From Eledone cirrhosa (taxonomy: Eukaryota), in contig CAXHJY010000271.1 of assembly GCA_964016885.1 (NCBI GenBank), positions 1 to 64,000 on the forward strand: a DNA stretch of 64,000 bases, given 5' to 3'. Shown in pieces: positions 24,525 to 38,874 of this stretch (position 1 is the first letter of the stretch; each line of letters starts with the position of its first letter). A program made the position numbers and the translations under genes. Below the pieces are notes generated by a model. The model saw only the letters and a list, made by a program, of their open reading frames with translations, was not told the origin of the DNA and ran no database searches.

Positions 24525-26525
24525 CTATAACGGTACGCGATGGGGCCCACCCACAGCCCCGGCGGACAGAATGGAGAAGGCGTTTCCCCGGAGCACGGCA
24601 AGGGAGACGCGCTGGAAAAGCCACTCCAACTCGCGGGGCTCACACCTGCGACTGGCCAGCTCAGCGCCTATGGTGGTGAGTAAGGAGGTAGCCCTGGGGT
24701 CGAGGACACCAGAAGTCTCCACTTCCAGGGGTACGACCGCAAACCTGTCGGAGAGTGAACGATATGTGAGGAGTTTGGCCCTCTCAGCCTGACGTGCAGC
24801 AGAACCTGGGCCAGTCGCAGACTGCACCAGGTTGCGGCTGCAGAAAGTGTCGGTGCAAGTGGCATCCCAGACGAGGGGTTTGCCACCGCGGAACGGGAAG
24901 ATGGTCATGCCATCTGGCCTTTTGCCGTCCCCTGGAGCTGGGAAGGGAAGCCTGCAGCGTCCAAGCCATGCTTAATGATTTCGTTGAGGGCAGCATGGCG
25001 TGGATTGCGGCTGGCACTGTGGCGACAGGAAAGCGGGTGGAGGCCGAAAGAGTCCATGGTGGAACGGCAGCGACATTGGTGTGAGGCCGAGCCTCAGGGA
25101 AACGCCGATGCGCAAGCTATTGTTGTCTAGCTGCGTGCGAGTGGAGAAGGAGGGCAGGGCATGGAGCCAGGCCCCACTGTGGGGTTTGGAGGCCGCACGA
25201 AAACAAACAAGGCGGTGCTGGTCGAGCTGGCACGTGAGCCTGTCTGAGGCCAGGCTGCACTGGATGGCATCCCAAGTGTGTTGGGGGGGACTTGACGTCA
25301 ACAGGGGGAGAAGGAGGAGGAACGTCTACTGGGCTAAGTCCCAGCCGGTCCCACGTCTCACAGGCGGCCACGCGTTCTCTGAACACAGAGGGTTCTGTTG
25401 TGTTTTGAAGAACCCTGCTGAAGAGGACGTGGTACGAGGTTTCCGACGAAAGATATGCCGGCAAAGCTAGTGAGATCGGGGACTGGAGGCGAAGCCCGCC
25501 ATACCTGACAGGTAAAGTTGCATATCTCATCGGCTGCTGCTCGGATACAAGTTTAGGTGTAGCACAGAGTGTATAGAGGAGCTTCGGCATGGCGTAGCAG
25601 TTCCTCAGCAGAAAGAGAACTGGGTGGCCATCAATCAAGCCCAGTCGGCTCGTGAGAGTCTGGACTTGATGGAGGAGCGGATGGCCGGCGGGTGGATCGG
25701 TGAGGGCATCCTCTTTGGGGGGTCACCTGAACCTGGCGGAGAATGGACCGCACGTCCAAGACGGAGACTGCAAAGCTTGCAGCATCGAGGCTGACATTCA
25801 CCACCTCCGACTTGGCTGAGTTGACCTGGAGGTCGATTCCCGCCAGGGCAGGAACCACCGATTGAAGGTCATGGCAGAACGCCTGTACGGGCCCACCCAA
25901 AGTAGCATCATCCAGATACCAAACGTTGAGAGGGGCCGTTATACTCCAGGCGATGTGGTCAATACCAAGGGTGAACAGGAGGGGTCCCAAAGGGTTGCCC
26001 TGTTGGATCCCAGTAGCCAAGGGTATGACCGTATCAGCAGCATGGCGCATGCTTGGGGCTCCATATGACAGGTAGGCAGAGGGGGCTCGGCTGAGGCAGG
26101 CCTCGAGCAGATGATCCCAGCGTAAAGAGTTGAAGGCATTCCTCATGTCAAACTTGACAATGAGGTGGCTGGAGGCCCTGGATGCCGGTTCCGAGTGTTA
26201 CGGACTTGCAGATTACCTTGGCAGCCAGCCTCCGGAAGACATTGCCCACAGCAATGGGGCGTATGCCATCCTCTTTCTTCCTGAGAGCGGTGAGGCTGGC
26301 CGAAAAAAAGAGGCCTCGAGCATAAGAGTCCAGGGCGCCATGGATGAGCCTATTGGTGAGCGCCACAATTGCACTCAGAAGGCGGCGCCCGGCCTCAGCG
26401 GAGAGGGGAGATATCAACTCCTTGAGGAGGCCTGGTCAGAGACCATCAACATCTCCGCAGCTGCTAGCTGGGAAGGACCTGATGGCGGACATGATGTCTG
26501 CATCAGAAGCCACAAGGAGCAAGTG
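24525..26525 (-). mobile_element. CRE-like element copy (unit 3, A/B mosaic)
   Basis: Type A markers on the left (intact knuckle, RPDG) and type B markers from about 25.1-25.3 kb rightward. Confidence 0.88.
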
Positions 26526-28556
26526 TGGATTACAATACAAAACCTCTGAGAATGATTTCTAAGATATTTCACCATAATTAATTTTCATCAATATATATTA
26601 ATATTATTATTGTTTATTAGGTCAGGTGGATTGGCCAGAACAATTCTACTCTTCTTTTTTAGATGTCACGATTTTTCATGGCATTCCTGAGATCATTAAT
26701 CTCCAGCTGGAGATCCAGAGACATCTGATGTATGTAGGTGAACCTCAGTCATCCCACTTGGGTCTTACTATGTTTAGGTATCCACCACAGGAGCCAGCTC
26801 ATCAGGTCATCCTACCCTCAGCAGCAATGTCCAGCATCTATTGATTTCCGCTCCCTAGTTATTGTGGTAATCTTCGATATCTGGGAATATATTTCTTCTG
26901 CTTAAGGGAGTAATAAATATATAGTTTTAAAAAAAACATATATATACACACACATATATATATGTTGTCATTTATAAGAGTTCTCTATCAAAAGCCTTCT
27001 CTATGTCCAAAGCTAAGTATAGTGGCTTATTTTTCTCTAAGAACCTCTTTTGTAGTTGTCTCACTAAGAAGAGGGCATCTGTTGCACTTTTCAGCGGCAC
27101 AAAACCAAACTGCATCTCATACACATACATACATATACATACATACATACATACATATACACATACATACATACATCATCATCATCATCATCATCATCAT
27201 TTCGTTTTAAGTCCGCTTTTTCCCTGCTTGTAAGGGTGGGACGGGAACTGATTCTGGCTTGATTTCTACAGCTGGATGCCCTTCCTAACACCAACCTCAT
27301 TTACAGTGAGTGCTGAGTGCTTTTTTGCCGTGGCACCTCCACGACCACTTTGCAGTGGAATGATATGGACCCCAGTCCCTATCATCTCATTTCTACAGCT
27401 GAGTAAACTGGAGCAATGTGAAATAAAGTGTCTTGCTCAAGGAAACAACAGATCACCCGGTCTGAGAATTGAACTCACAACCTTTCGATTGCCAGGCCAA
27501 TGCTCGAACCACTAAGCCATGTGCCTCCATATACATATACATATACATATACATACACATACATATATATATACATACATACATATATACACATACATAC
27601 ATACACATACATACACATATACATACATATACATACATAGATATATATATATACATAATATAAATATACATACATACACATACATAAGCATATACACATA
27701 AGTATATATACATATACACACGTATATATACATATACATACATACATATATACACATACATACATATATACATACATACACACATATATACATATACACA
27801 TACATACATATACATACATATACACATACATACATATATATATATATACATACACACACATATATACATACACACACATATATACAAACACATACATATA
27901 CACATATATACACATACATACACATACATATACACATATACACTCATATATACATATACATACATACACACACATACATACATATATACATATACATACA
28001 TAAAGACAAATCCACCTCATGGACGAGAATGCAAGGGCTCCTCCTCTTTGTTTCGGCCGCGGATGGCTAACCCTAACCCCTTCCCCGCTCCCCACCGCTC
28101 CCAACCTCCAAACGCAATCCAAAACTTCAGAGTTGGTACCATTAATGTAGGCACCTTATAGGGTGGCTCTAACGAGGTTGTAGAAATGCTTGAACGTAAG
28201 GAGGTCGATGTTTGTTGTATTCAAGAGACCAGGTGGAGGGGTGGGTCTGCTAGATTCATCGTGGGTAAAGAACGATGCTATAAGCTTTTCTGTGTGGCAA
28301 ATGACAATGGGCTGGGTATACACATACCACCCCACCACCCCACCGCAAAGTGGTCGTGGAGGCGCCGCGGCAAAAAAGCACCCAGCCCACACTGTAAAGC
28401 TGACGTGGAGGTGCCACGGAAAAAAAAAAGCACCCAGCACTCACTGCAAACGGGGTTGGCGTCAGGAAGGGCACCCAGCTGTAGAAACCAATCCAGAATC
28501 AGCTCCCACCCCACCCTTGCAAGCATGGAAAAGCGGACGTATTATGAAGTTGATAT

Positions 28557-28613
<57 letters not shown>

Positions 28614-28656
28614 TATATATATACACATATATATATATACACACATATATATCAGT

Positions 28657-30582
28657 CATCATCATCACCGTTTTACGTCCGTTCTTCCACGCTAGCATGG
28701 GTTAGACGGGTTGTCCTGTTGTGGGCAGTGTCTGGTCGGCTGACCATGCCTTGCTCATACAGGAACTGATCTGGCTTGATTTCTACAGCTGGATGCCCTT
28801 CCTAACACCAACCTCATTTACAGTGAGTGCTGGGTGCTTTTTCGTGGCGCCTACACGTCCACTTTACAGTGTGGGCTGGGTGCTTTTTTGCCGTGGCACC
28901 TCCACGACCACCTTGCGGTGGGGGGGGGGGGCATATTGTTTATATGCTTCAGCATGTACCCATGGGAGGTCGGGTACCCTGTATTACTGCGTGACGCCAG
29001 AAGTCACGGTCGTGTGTCATTGACTTTGAGAGGTGTAGTTGGGTAAGGTCGGCTTTTATCACCTCATCCCAAGTCATCTTGGGTCTCCCCACTCCGCGGT
29101 TTCCATCAACTTCTAGTGCTCTGCACCTTTTTATGCAGCTGTCATCCTTCATACGCATCACATGTCCATACCAGCGTAACCGCCTCTCCTGCACGCAGCA
29201 TTTGATTCCTCTTATGCTCAGTCTCTCTCTCAATTCATTTATGCTTTGTCGTTCACGTATATTACTGTTACACATCCATCGGAGCATGCAGGCTTCGTTT
29301 CTCTCTAATCTACGTAGGTCTTCCACCTTCAGCGCCCAGGTCTCACTACCATGCAACATCGCTGTTCGGATACACGCATCATACAGTCTGCCTTTCATTC
29401 TGAGGGAGAAGCCTTTTGCAGCTAGCAGTGGTAGTAGTTCCCTAAACTTCTTCCATCCCGTTCTTACCCTAGTTATTGTACTTTCTGAGCACCCACCTCC
29501 GTTGCTAATTCGGTCACCTAGGTAGCAGAAGCTGTCTACTGTTTCTACAGGGCCCTCCCAGAGATTGGTGGTACTTGTTTCCTGTGGCTGTTTGCTTGCT
29601 GTTTCAGCACAGCTGCTGCATGTGAATCCTACATTCTTAATTAAGCTTCCTGAGATCCCGCTACATCTCTTGTGTACCCATTGTTTGCATTTGGGGCAAA
29701 GAATGGAGTTCCTACCTACACCTTTCCTACATACTGAGCAAGGCCATTTCCCTGAGGGGATCTGGGTTCTGTTTTCTCGTCTACTTATAAGGACCTTAGT
29801 CTTTGTCATGTTGACTTTGAGGCCCTTTCTCTCTAGTCCCTGCTTCCAGGTTTGGAATTTATTCTCTAGTTCTACCATAGATTCAGCTATGAGTGCGAGG
29901 TCATCAGCATACAGGAGTTCCCATGGGCATCCGGTCTTAAACTCCTCCGTTATTGCCTGCAGGACTATGATGAACAGGAGAGGGCTAAGAACAGAGCCCT
30001 GGTGGACCCCAACCTGTACGCTAAATTCCTCGCTATACTCATTGCCAATCCTAACTTTGCTGACTGCTCCCCTATACATGGCTTGTACCGCTTTCACAAG
30101 CCATTCATCTACTCCTAGTTTTCTAAGAGCCCACCAGATTACTGCACGTGGAACTCTGTCAAAGGCTTTCTCAAGGTCGACAAATGCCAAGTAGAGTGGC
30201 TTACTTTTAGCTAGGTACTTTTCCTGTAATTGCCTCACAAGGAAGAGCGCATCAGTGGTGCCTTTCCCTGGTACAAACCCAAATTGCATCTCGTCTATAT
30301 TCACCCGGTCCCTAATCAGCTGTGCTATAACTCTTTCTGTTACTTTCATGACCTGGTCCATCAACTTTATACCTCTATAGTTTCCTCTATCTAGTGCATC
30401 GCCTTTACCTTTGTAGCAGTTGACAATGATGCTACTGCACCAATCTTTTGGTATGGCCCCCTCTAGTATTACCTGGTTAACGATACGTGTGGTTATAGTG
30501 TGACCTACAGACCCAGATGCCTTCAGCATCTCGGCAGCTATACCCGATGGACCGGTTGCCTTCCCTATCTTCATATCTCTGA
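28657..30582 (-). mobile_element. 5'-truncated RTE-clade LINE with uninterrupted 541-codon ORF remnant (28949-30574), unit 3
   Basis: GKATGPSGI, NYRGIKL, DLEKAFD, GVHQGSVLSP, YADD, C4HC3 finger, RRLRWYGHVMR, GRPKMTW; 3' UTR with (GAT)n tail; no endonuclease domain. Confidence 0.94.
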
Positions 30583-31709
30583 TTAATTTTCCTTTTACAT
30601 CTCTTAGAAATAACTGAAAATCTTTGGTGAGAACCCCAATGTCTATTTATCTAATATAATTAATTTAATTTAATTTAATTTAATTTTTATTTTAGTGAAA
30701 CCACTGTTGTATTCAAGAGACCAGGTGGAGGGGTGGGTCTGCTAGATTCATCGTGGGTAAAGAACGGTGCTATGAACTTTTCTGGGTGGGAAATGACAAT
30801 GGGCTGGGTATACACATACCACCCCACCACCCCACCGTAAAGTGGTCGTGGAGGCGCCACGGCAAAAAAGCACCCAGCCCGCTCTGTAAAGCTGACGTGG
30901 AGGTGCCACGTAAAAAAGAAAAGCACCCAGCACTCACTGCAAACTGGGTTGGCGTCAGGAAGGGCACCCAGCTGTAGAAACCAATCCAGAATCAGCTCCC
31001 ACCCCACCCTTGCAAGCATGGAAAAGCGGACGTATGATGAAGTTGATATATATATATATATATAAATGAATATTTATTCAATTTAAAGCGCCAATTATCT
31101 ATATATAACAAGATATGAATTTTTCTAGGGATGGGGAAATTTTCAGTTTGTTTTTATATTTTCACTTCATTTTTTACTTTCTATTTAATACAGTCTTTGA
31201 TCCAATATAATCCTGACAGTATTTGAACCAGTTTACCTCATATATATGTATGCACACACAACACTCAAGTTTCGCCATCTACTGCTATTTCATTCATATT
31301 TATTGTTTAATTAACTCTGGTCTAATTCATCAACTATTGTTAATTATATTATTACGTAGATTTCTTATAAAATCTAGTGCATATATACGTGTATATATAC
31401 AGGGAGACACTGTGTAATAGATGTAAAGAGAGTGGGAGATAGAGTTATAGAAGTAAAGAGAGGGAGAGAAATAAGCGGTAGATAGAGCAATAGATGTAAA
31501 GAGAGGGTTAGAACGTTCAACTTGACAGTCAGTACATATGCCAACTACCCAACCGGCCAGCCAGCCGTATTTGCGGTTGACTGGCCAGTTGGGCGGTTGG
31601 TATGTGGAACGTTCAACTACGCAGTCAGTACCGAAGTTCAACATTGTAGCCAGTGCATATGCCGATCGCCGCGACCTCTTTGCTCTATTTAAATGACCTG
31701 GAACTAAGT

Positions 31710-31822
31710 AAAAAGAGTAGGAGATAACTCGACAAGAGCGGAGAGGGTGAGATTCGAACCATGTAAAGTCGTTGGCTCCTGAACTTCGTAAGCGGGGCTG
31801 CTACTGACTGAGCAACGCCGGC
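31710..31822 (-). ncRNA. candidate Pol III small RNA gene, copy 3
   Basis: Matches copy 2. Confidence 0.55.
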
Positions 31823-32817
31823 AGCAAGGCAAATCGCGCATAAAATAACGCTTATATCGAGAAAATAAAACAAAAATTTCAATGTTGCACTTTTGTTTGT
31901 TGTTCTTTTATTTTACGTAAACATTTCGCTGCTCTAGCCTCTTATTTCCTATTAGATTACACTTAATTCCATTAAACATTCATTCTTAGTCTCGTGGTAA
32001 ACTATTTCATCTATATTTATATCGCTGTTACAGCCTTTTATTTCTACATCTATCACCTATAGCCACTGTTACGCCGGTAGTATAAGTAGCTTTATAACAA
32101 GAAACGATGATATAACTCCACAAAATGTCTTCTTGAGCAAGACACTTCACTTCATATTGCTCCAGTACACCGAGTTACACATAGACAGATACATACATAC
32201 ACATATATATGTACACAGATAGAAATAAGAGGGAGATAGAGTAAAAGATTTAAAGAGAGGGTGAGAGTGTGACACACATTTATCTGTCTATCTCTCTCTA
32301 TTTTAACACCGGTCGTTATAATTAGTTTTATAACACCGCTATATTACCGACATGAAAGAGGTAAATAATTATTTCTTAAATGTTTAGAACATGTTTCTCT
32401 TGTCTTCTTAAATGTATAGAACATGTTTCTTATTTATATTCTTAACATAGCTAGGACCTTATCTCATTTACTGGTCTCTACTTTTAGGGCTTTGCTGGTC
32501 CCATGTGCCCTCCATGAAGACACACTCGCCCCTTCTCTCTCAGTCTCCGTACTAATTACTACACATACGTATATATATTTATTTTAAGAAACCTTAATGA
32601 CAAATAATATAAAGTGTTTGTAAAGTGGGGAAGAGTAGTTTTACGGTGGGGTTGTTATATAGATATCGTTTTTGCAGTGGGGTCGTGACTGGCGTATAAT
32701 AATGAGTCACTGTTGATGTATATACAAATCATATTTTGGATATAAGTGAAGTTATTTAAGAGATTTAGTTGTTTTGTATACATTCCAGTTGTTGTCTCCC
32801 TGTTTCTTCTTCAACAA

Positions 32818-34817
32818 CTATAACGGTACGCGATGGGGCCCACCCACAGCCCCGGCGGACAGAATGGAGAAGGCGTTTCCCCGGAGCACGGCAAGGGAGA
32901 CGCGCTGGAAAAGCCACTCCAACTCGCGGGGCTCACACCTGCGACTGGCCAGCTCAGCGCCTATGGTGGTGAGTAAGGAGGTAGCCCTGGGGTCGAGGAC
33001 ACCAGAAGTCTCCACTTCCAGGGGTACGACCGCAAACCTGTCGGAGAGTGAACGATATGTGAGGAGTTTGGCCCTCTCAGCCTGACGTGCAGCAGAACCT
33101 GGGCCAGTCGCAGACTGCACCAGGTTGCGGCTGCAGAAAGTGTCGGTGCAAGTGGCATCCCAGACGAGGGGTTTGCCACCGCGGAACGGGAAGATGGTCA
33201 TGCCATCTGGCCTTTTGCCGTCCCCTGGAGCTGGGAAGGGAAGCCTGCAGCGTCCAAGCCATGCTTAATGATTTCGTTGAGGGCAGCATGGCGTGGATTG
33301 CGGCTGGCACTGTGGCGACAGGAAAGCGGGTGGAGGCCGAAAGAGTCCATGGTGGAACGGCAGCGACATTGGTGTGAGGCCGAGCCTCAGGGAAACGCCG
33401 ATGCGCAAGCTATGGTTGTCTAGCTGCGTGCGAGTGGAGAAGGAGGGCAGGGCATGGAGCCAGGCCCCACTGTGGGGTTTGGAGGCCGCACGAAAACAAA
33501 CAAGGCGGTGCTGGTCGAGCTGGCACGTGAGCCTGTCTGAGGCCAGGCTGCACTGGATGGCATCCCAAGTGTGTTGGGGGGACTTGACGTCAACAGGGGG
33601 AGAAGGAGGAGGAACGTCTACTGGGCTAAGTCCCAGCCGGTGCCACGTCTCACAGGCGGCCACGCGTTCTCTGAACACAGAGGGTTCTGTTGTGTTTTGA
33701 AGAACCCTGCTGAGGTGGACGTGGTACGAGGTTACCGACGAAAGATACGCCGGCAAAGCTAGTGAGATCGGGGACTGGAGGCGAAGGTCGCCATACCTGA
33801 TAGGTAAAGTTGCATATCTCATCGGCTGCTGCTCGGATACAAGTCTGGGTGTAGCACAGAGTGTATAGAGGAGCTTCGGCATGGCGTAGCAGTTCCTCAG
33901 CAGAAAGAGAACTGGGTGGCCATCAATCAAGCCCAGTCGGCTCGTGAGAGTCTGGACTTGATGGAGGAGCGGATGGCCGGCGGGTGGATCGGTGAGGGCA
34001 TCCTCTTTGGGGGGTCACCTGAACCTGGCGGAGAATGGACCGCACGTCCAAGACGGAGACTGCAAAGCTTGCAGCATCGAGGCTGACATTCACCACCTCC
34101 GACTTGGCTGAGTTGACCTGGAGGTCGATTCCCGCCAGGGCAGGAACCACCGATTGAAGGTCATGGCAGAACGCCTGTACGGGCCCACCCAAAGTAGCAT
34201 CATCCAGATACCAAACGTTGAGAGGGGCCGTTATACTCCAGGCGATGTGGTCAATACCAAGGGTGAACAGGAGGGGTCCCAAAGGGTTGCCCTGTTGGAT
34301 CCCAGTAGCCAAGGGTATGACCGTATCAGCAGCATGGCGCATGCTTGGGGCTCCATATGACAGGTAGGCAGAGGGGGCTCGGCTGAGGCAGGCCTCGAGC
34401 AGATGATCCCAGCGTAAAGAGTTGAAGGCATTCCTCATGTCAAACTTGACAATGAGGTGGCTGGAGGCCCTGGATGCCGGTTCCGAGTGTTACGGACTTG
34501 CAGATTACCTTGGCAGCCAGCCTCCGGAAGACATTGCCCACAGCAATGGGGCGTATGCCATCCTCTTTCTTCCTGAGAGCGGTGAGGCTGGCCGAAAAAA
34601 AGAGGCCTCGAGCATAAGAGTCCAGGGCGCCATGGATGAGCCTATTGGTGAGCGCCACAATTGCACTCAGAAGGCGGCGCCCGGCCTCAGCGGAGAGGGG
34701 AGATATCAACTCCTTGAGGAGGCCTGGTCAGAGACCATCAACATCTCCGCAGCTGCTAGCTGGGAAGGACCTGATGGCGGACATGATGTCTGCATCAGAA
34801 GCCACAAGGAGCAAGTG
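32818..34817 (-). mobile_element. CRE-like element copy (unit 4, A/B mosaic)
   Basis: Type A to about 33.85 kb and type B from about 33.95 kb. Confidence 0.88.
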
Positions 34818-36848
34818 TGGATTACAATACAAAACCTCTGAGAATGATTTCTAAGATATTTCACCATAATTAATTTTCATCAATATATATTAATATTATT
34901 ATTGTTTATTAGGTCAGGTGGATTGGCCAGAACAATTCTACTCTTCTTTTTTAGATGTCACGATTTTTCATGGCATTCCTGAGATCATTAATCTCCAGCT
35001 GGAGATCCAGAGACATCTGATGTATGTAGGTGAACCTCAGTCATCCCACTTGGGTCTTACTATGTTTAGGTATCCACCACAGGAGCCAGCTCATCAGGTC
35101 ATCCTACCCTCAGCAGCAATGTCCAGCATCTATTGATTTCCGCTCCCTAGTTATTGTGGTAATCTTCGATATCTGGGAATATATTTCTTCTGCTTAAGGG
35201 AGTAATAAATATATAGTTTTAAAAAAAACATATATATACACACACATATATATATGTTGTCATTTATAAGAGTTCTCTATCAAAAGCCTTCTCTATGTCC
35301 AAAGCTAAGTATAGTGGCTTATTTTTCTCTAAGAACCTCTTTTGTAGTTGTCTCACTAAGAAGAGGGCATCTGTTGCACTTTTCAGCGGCACAAAACCAA
35401 ACTGCATCTCATACACATACATACATATACATACATACATACATACATATACACATACATACATACATCATCATCATCATCATCATCATCATTTCGTTTT
35501 AAGTCCGCTTTTTCCCTGCTTGTAAGGGTGGGACGGGAACTGATTCTGGCTTGATTTCTACAGCTGGATGCCCTTCCTAACACCAACCTCATTTACAGTG
35601 AGTGCTGAGTGCTTTTTTGCCGTGGCACCTCCACGACCACTTTGCAGTGGAATGATATGGACCCCAGTCCCTATCATCTCATTTCTACAGCTGAGTAAAC
35701 TGGAGCAATGTGAAATAAAGTGTCTTGCTCAAGGAAACAACAGATCACCCGGTCTGAGAATTGAACTCACAACCTTTCGATTGCCAGGCCAATGCTCGAA
35801 CCACTAAGCCATGTGCCTCCATATACATATACATATACATATACATACACATACATATATATATACATACATACATATATACACATACATACATACACAT
35901 ACATACACATATACATACATATACATACATAGATATATATATATACATAATATAAATATACATACATACACATACATAAGCATATACACATAAGTATATA
36001 TACATATACACACGTATATATACATATACATACATACATATATACACATACATACATATATACATACATACACACATATATACATATACACATACATACA
36101 TATACATACATATACACATACATACATATATATATATATACATACACACACATATATACATACACACACATATATACAAACACATACATATACACATATA
36201 TACACATACATACACATACATATACACATATACACTCATATATACATATACATACATACACACACATACATACATATATACATATACATACATAAAGACA
36301 AATCCACCTCATGGACGAGAATGCAAGGGCTCCTCCTCTTTGTTTCGGCCGCGGATGGCTAACCCTAACCCCTTCCCCGCTCCCCACCGCTCCCAACCTC
36401 CAAACGCAATCCAAAACTTCAGAGTTGGTACCATTAATGTAGGCACCTTATAGGGTGGCTCTAACGAGGTTGTAGAAATGCTTGAACGTAAGGAGGTCGA
36501 TGTTTGTTGTATTCAAGAGACCAGGTGGAGGGGTGGGTCTGCTAGATTCATCGTGGGTAAAGAACGATGCTATAAGCTTTTCTGTGTGGCAAATGACAAT
36601 GGGCTGGGTATACACATACCACCCCACCACCCCACCGCAAAGTGGTCGTGGAGGCGCCGCGGCAAAAAAGCACCCAGCCCACACTGTAAAGCTGACGTGG
36701 AGGTGCCACGGAAAAAAAAAAGCACCCAGCACTCACTGCAAACGGGGTTGGCGTCAGGAAGGGCACCCAGCTGTAGAAACCAATCCAGAATCAGCTCCCA
36801 CCCCACCCTTGCAAGCATGGAAAAGCGGACGTATTATGAAGTTGATAT

Positions 36849-36905
<57 letters not shown>

Positions 36906-36948
36906 TATATATATACACATATATATATATACACACATATATATCAGT

Positions 36949-38874
36949 CATCATCATCACCGTTTTACGTCCGTTCTTCCACGCTAGCATGGGTTAGACG
37001 GGTTGTCCTGTTGTGGGCAGTGTCTGGTCGGCTGACCATGCCTTGCTCATACAGGAACTGATCTGGCTTGATTTCTACAGCTGGATGCCCTTCCTAACAC
37101 CAACCTCATTTACAGTGAGTGCTGGGTGCTTTTTCGTGGCGCCTACACGTCCACTTTACAGTGTGGGCTGGGTGCTTTTTTGCCGTGGCACCTCCACGAC
37201 CACCTTGCGGTGGGGGGGGGGGGCATATTGTTTATATGCTTCAGCATGTACCCATGGGAGGTCGGGTACCCTGTATTACTGCGTGACGCCAGAAGTCACG
37301 GTCGTGTGTCATTGACTTTGAGAGGTGTAGTTGGGTAAGGTCGGCTTTTATCACCTCATCCCAAGTCATCTTGGGTCTCCCCACTCCGCGGTTTCCATCA
37401 ACTTCTAGTGCTCTGCACCTTTTTATGCAGCTGTCATCCTTCATACGCATCACATGTCCATACCAGCGTAACCGCCTCTCCTGCACGCAGCATTTGATTC
37501 CTCTTATGCTCAGTCTCTCTCTCAATTCATTTATGCTTTGTCGTTCACGTATATTACTGTTACACATCCATCGGAGCATGCAGGCTTCGTTTCTCTCTAA
37601 TCTACGTAGGTCTTCCACCTTCAGCGCCCAGGTCTCACTACCATGCAACATCGCTGTTCGGATACACGCATCATACAGTCTGCCTTTCATTCTGAGGGAG
37701 AAGCCTTTTGCAGCTAGCAGTGGTAGTAGTTCCCTAAACTTCTTCCATCCCGTTCTTACCCTAGTTATTGTACTTTCTGAGCACCCACCTCCGTTGCTAA
37801 TTCGGTCACCTAGGTAGCAGAAGCTGTCTACTGTTTCTACAGGGCCCTCCCAGAGATTGGTGGTACTTGTTTCCTGTGGCTGTTTGCTTGCTGTTTCAGC
37901 ACAGCTGCTGCATGTGAATCCTACATTCTTAATTAAGCTTCCTGAGATCCCGCTACATCTCTTGTGTACCCATTGTTTGCATTTGGGGCAAAGAATGGAG
38001 TTCCTACCTACACCTTTCCTACATACTGAGCAAGGCCATTTCCCTGAGGGGATCTGGGTTCTGTTTTCTCGTCTACTTATAAGGACCTTAGTCTTTGTCA
38101 TGTTGACTTTGAGGCCCTTTCTCTCTAGTCCCTGCTTCCAGGTTTGGAATTTATTCTCTAGTTCTACCATAGATTCAGCTATGAGTGCGAGGTCATCAGC
38201 ATACAGGAGTTCCCATGGGCATCCGGTCTTAAACTCCTCCGTTATTGCCTGCAGGACTATGATGAACAGGAGAGGGCTAAGAACAGAGCCCTGGTGGACC
38301 CCAACCTGTACGCTAAATTCCTCGCTATACTCATTGCCAATCCTAACTTTGCTGACTGCTCCCCTATACATGGCTTGTACCGCTTTCACAAGCCATTCAT
38401 CTACTCCTAGTTTTCTAAGAGCCCACCAGATTACTGCACGTGGAACTCTGTCAAAGGCTTTCTCAAGGTCGACAAATGCCAAGTAGAGTGGCTTACTTTT
38501 AGCTAGGTACTTTTCCTGTAATTGCCTCACAAGGAAGAGCGCATCAGTGGTGCCTTTCCCTGGTACAAACCCAAATTGCATCTCGTCTATATTCACCCGG
38601 TCCCTAATCAGCTGTGCTATAACTCTTTCTGTTACTTTCATGACCTGGTCCATCAACTTTATACCTCTATAGTTTCCTCTATCTAGTGCATCGCCTTTAC
38701 CTTTGTAGCAGTTGACAATGATGCTACTGCACCAATCTTTTGGTATGGCCCCCTCTAGTATTACCTGGTTAACGATACGTGTGGTTATAGTGTGACCTAC
38801 AGACCCAGATGCCTTCAGCATCTCGGCAGCTATACCCGATGGACCGGTTGCCTTCCCTATCTTCATATCTCTGA
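36949..38874 (-). mobile_element. same RTE LINE copy, unit 4 (ORF 37241-38866)
   Basis: Identical protein and junctions to the unit 3 copy. Confidence 0.94.

Noticed and set aside
28949-30574. Active autonomous LINE or domesticated RT gene
   Set aside because: It is 5'-truncated with no endonuclease or promoter; the three copies share junctions and arose by array duplication.
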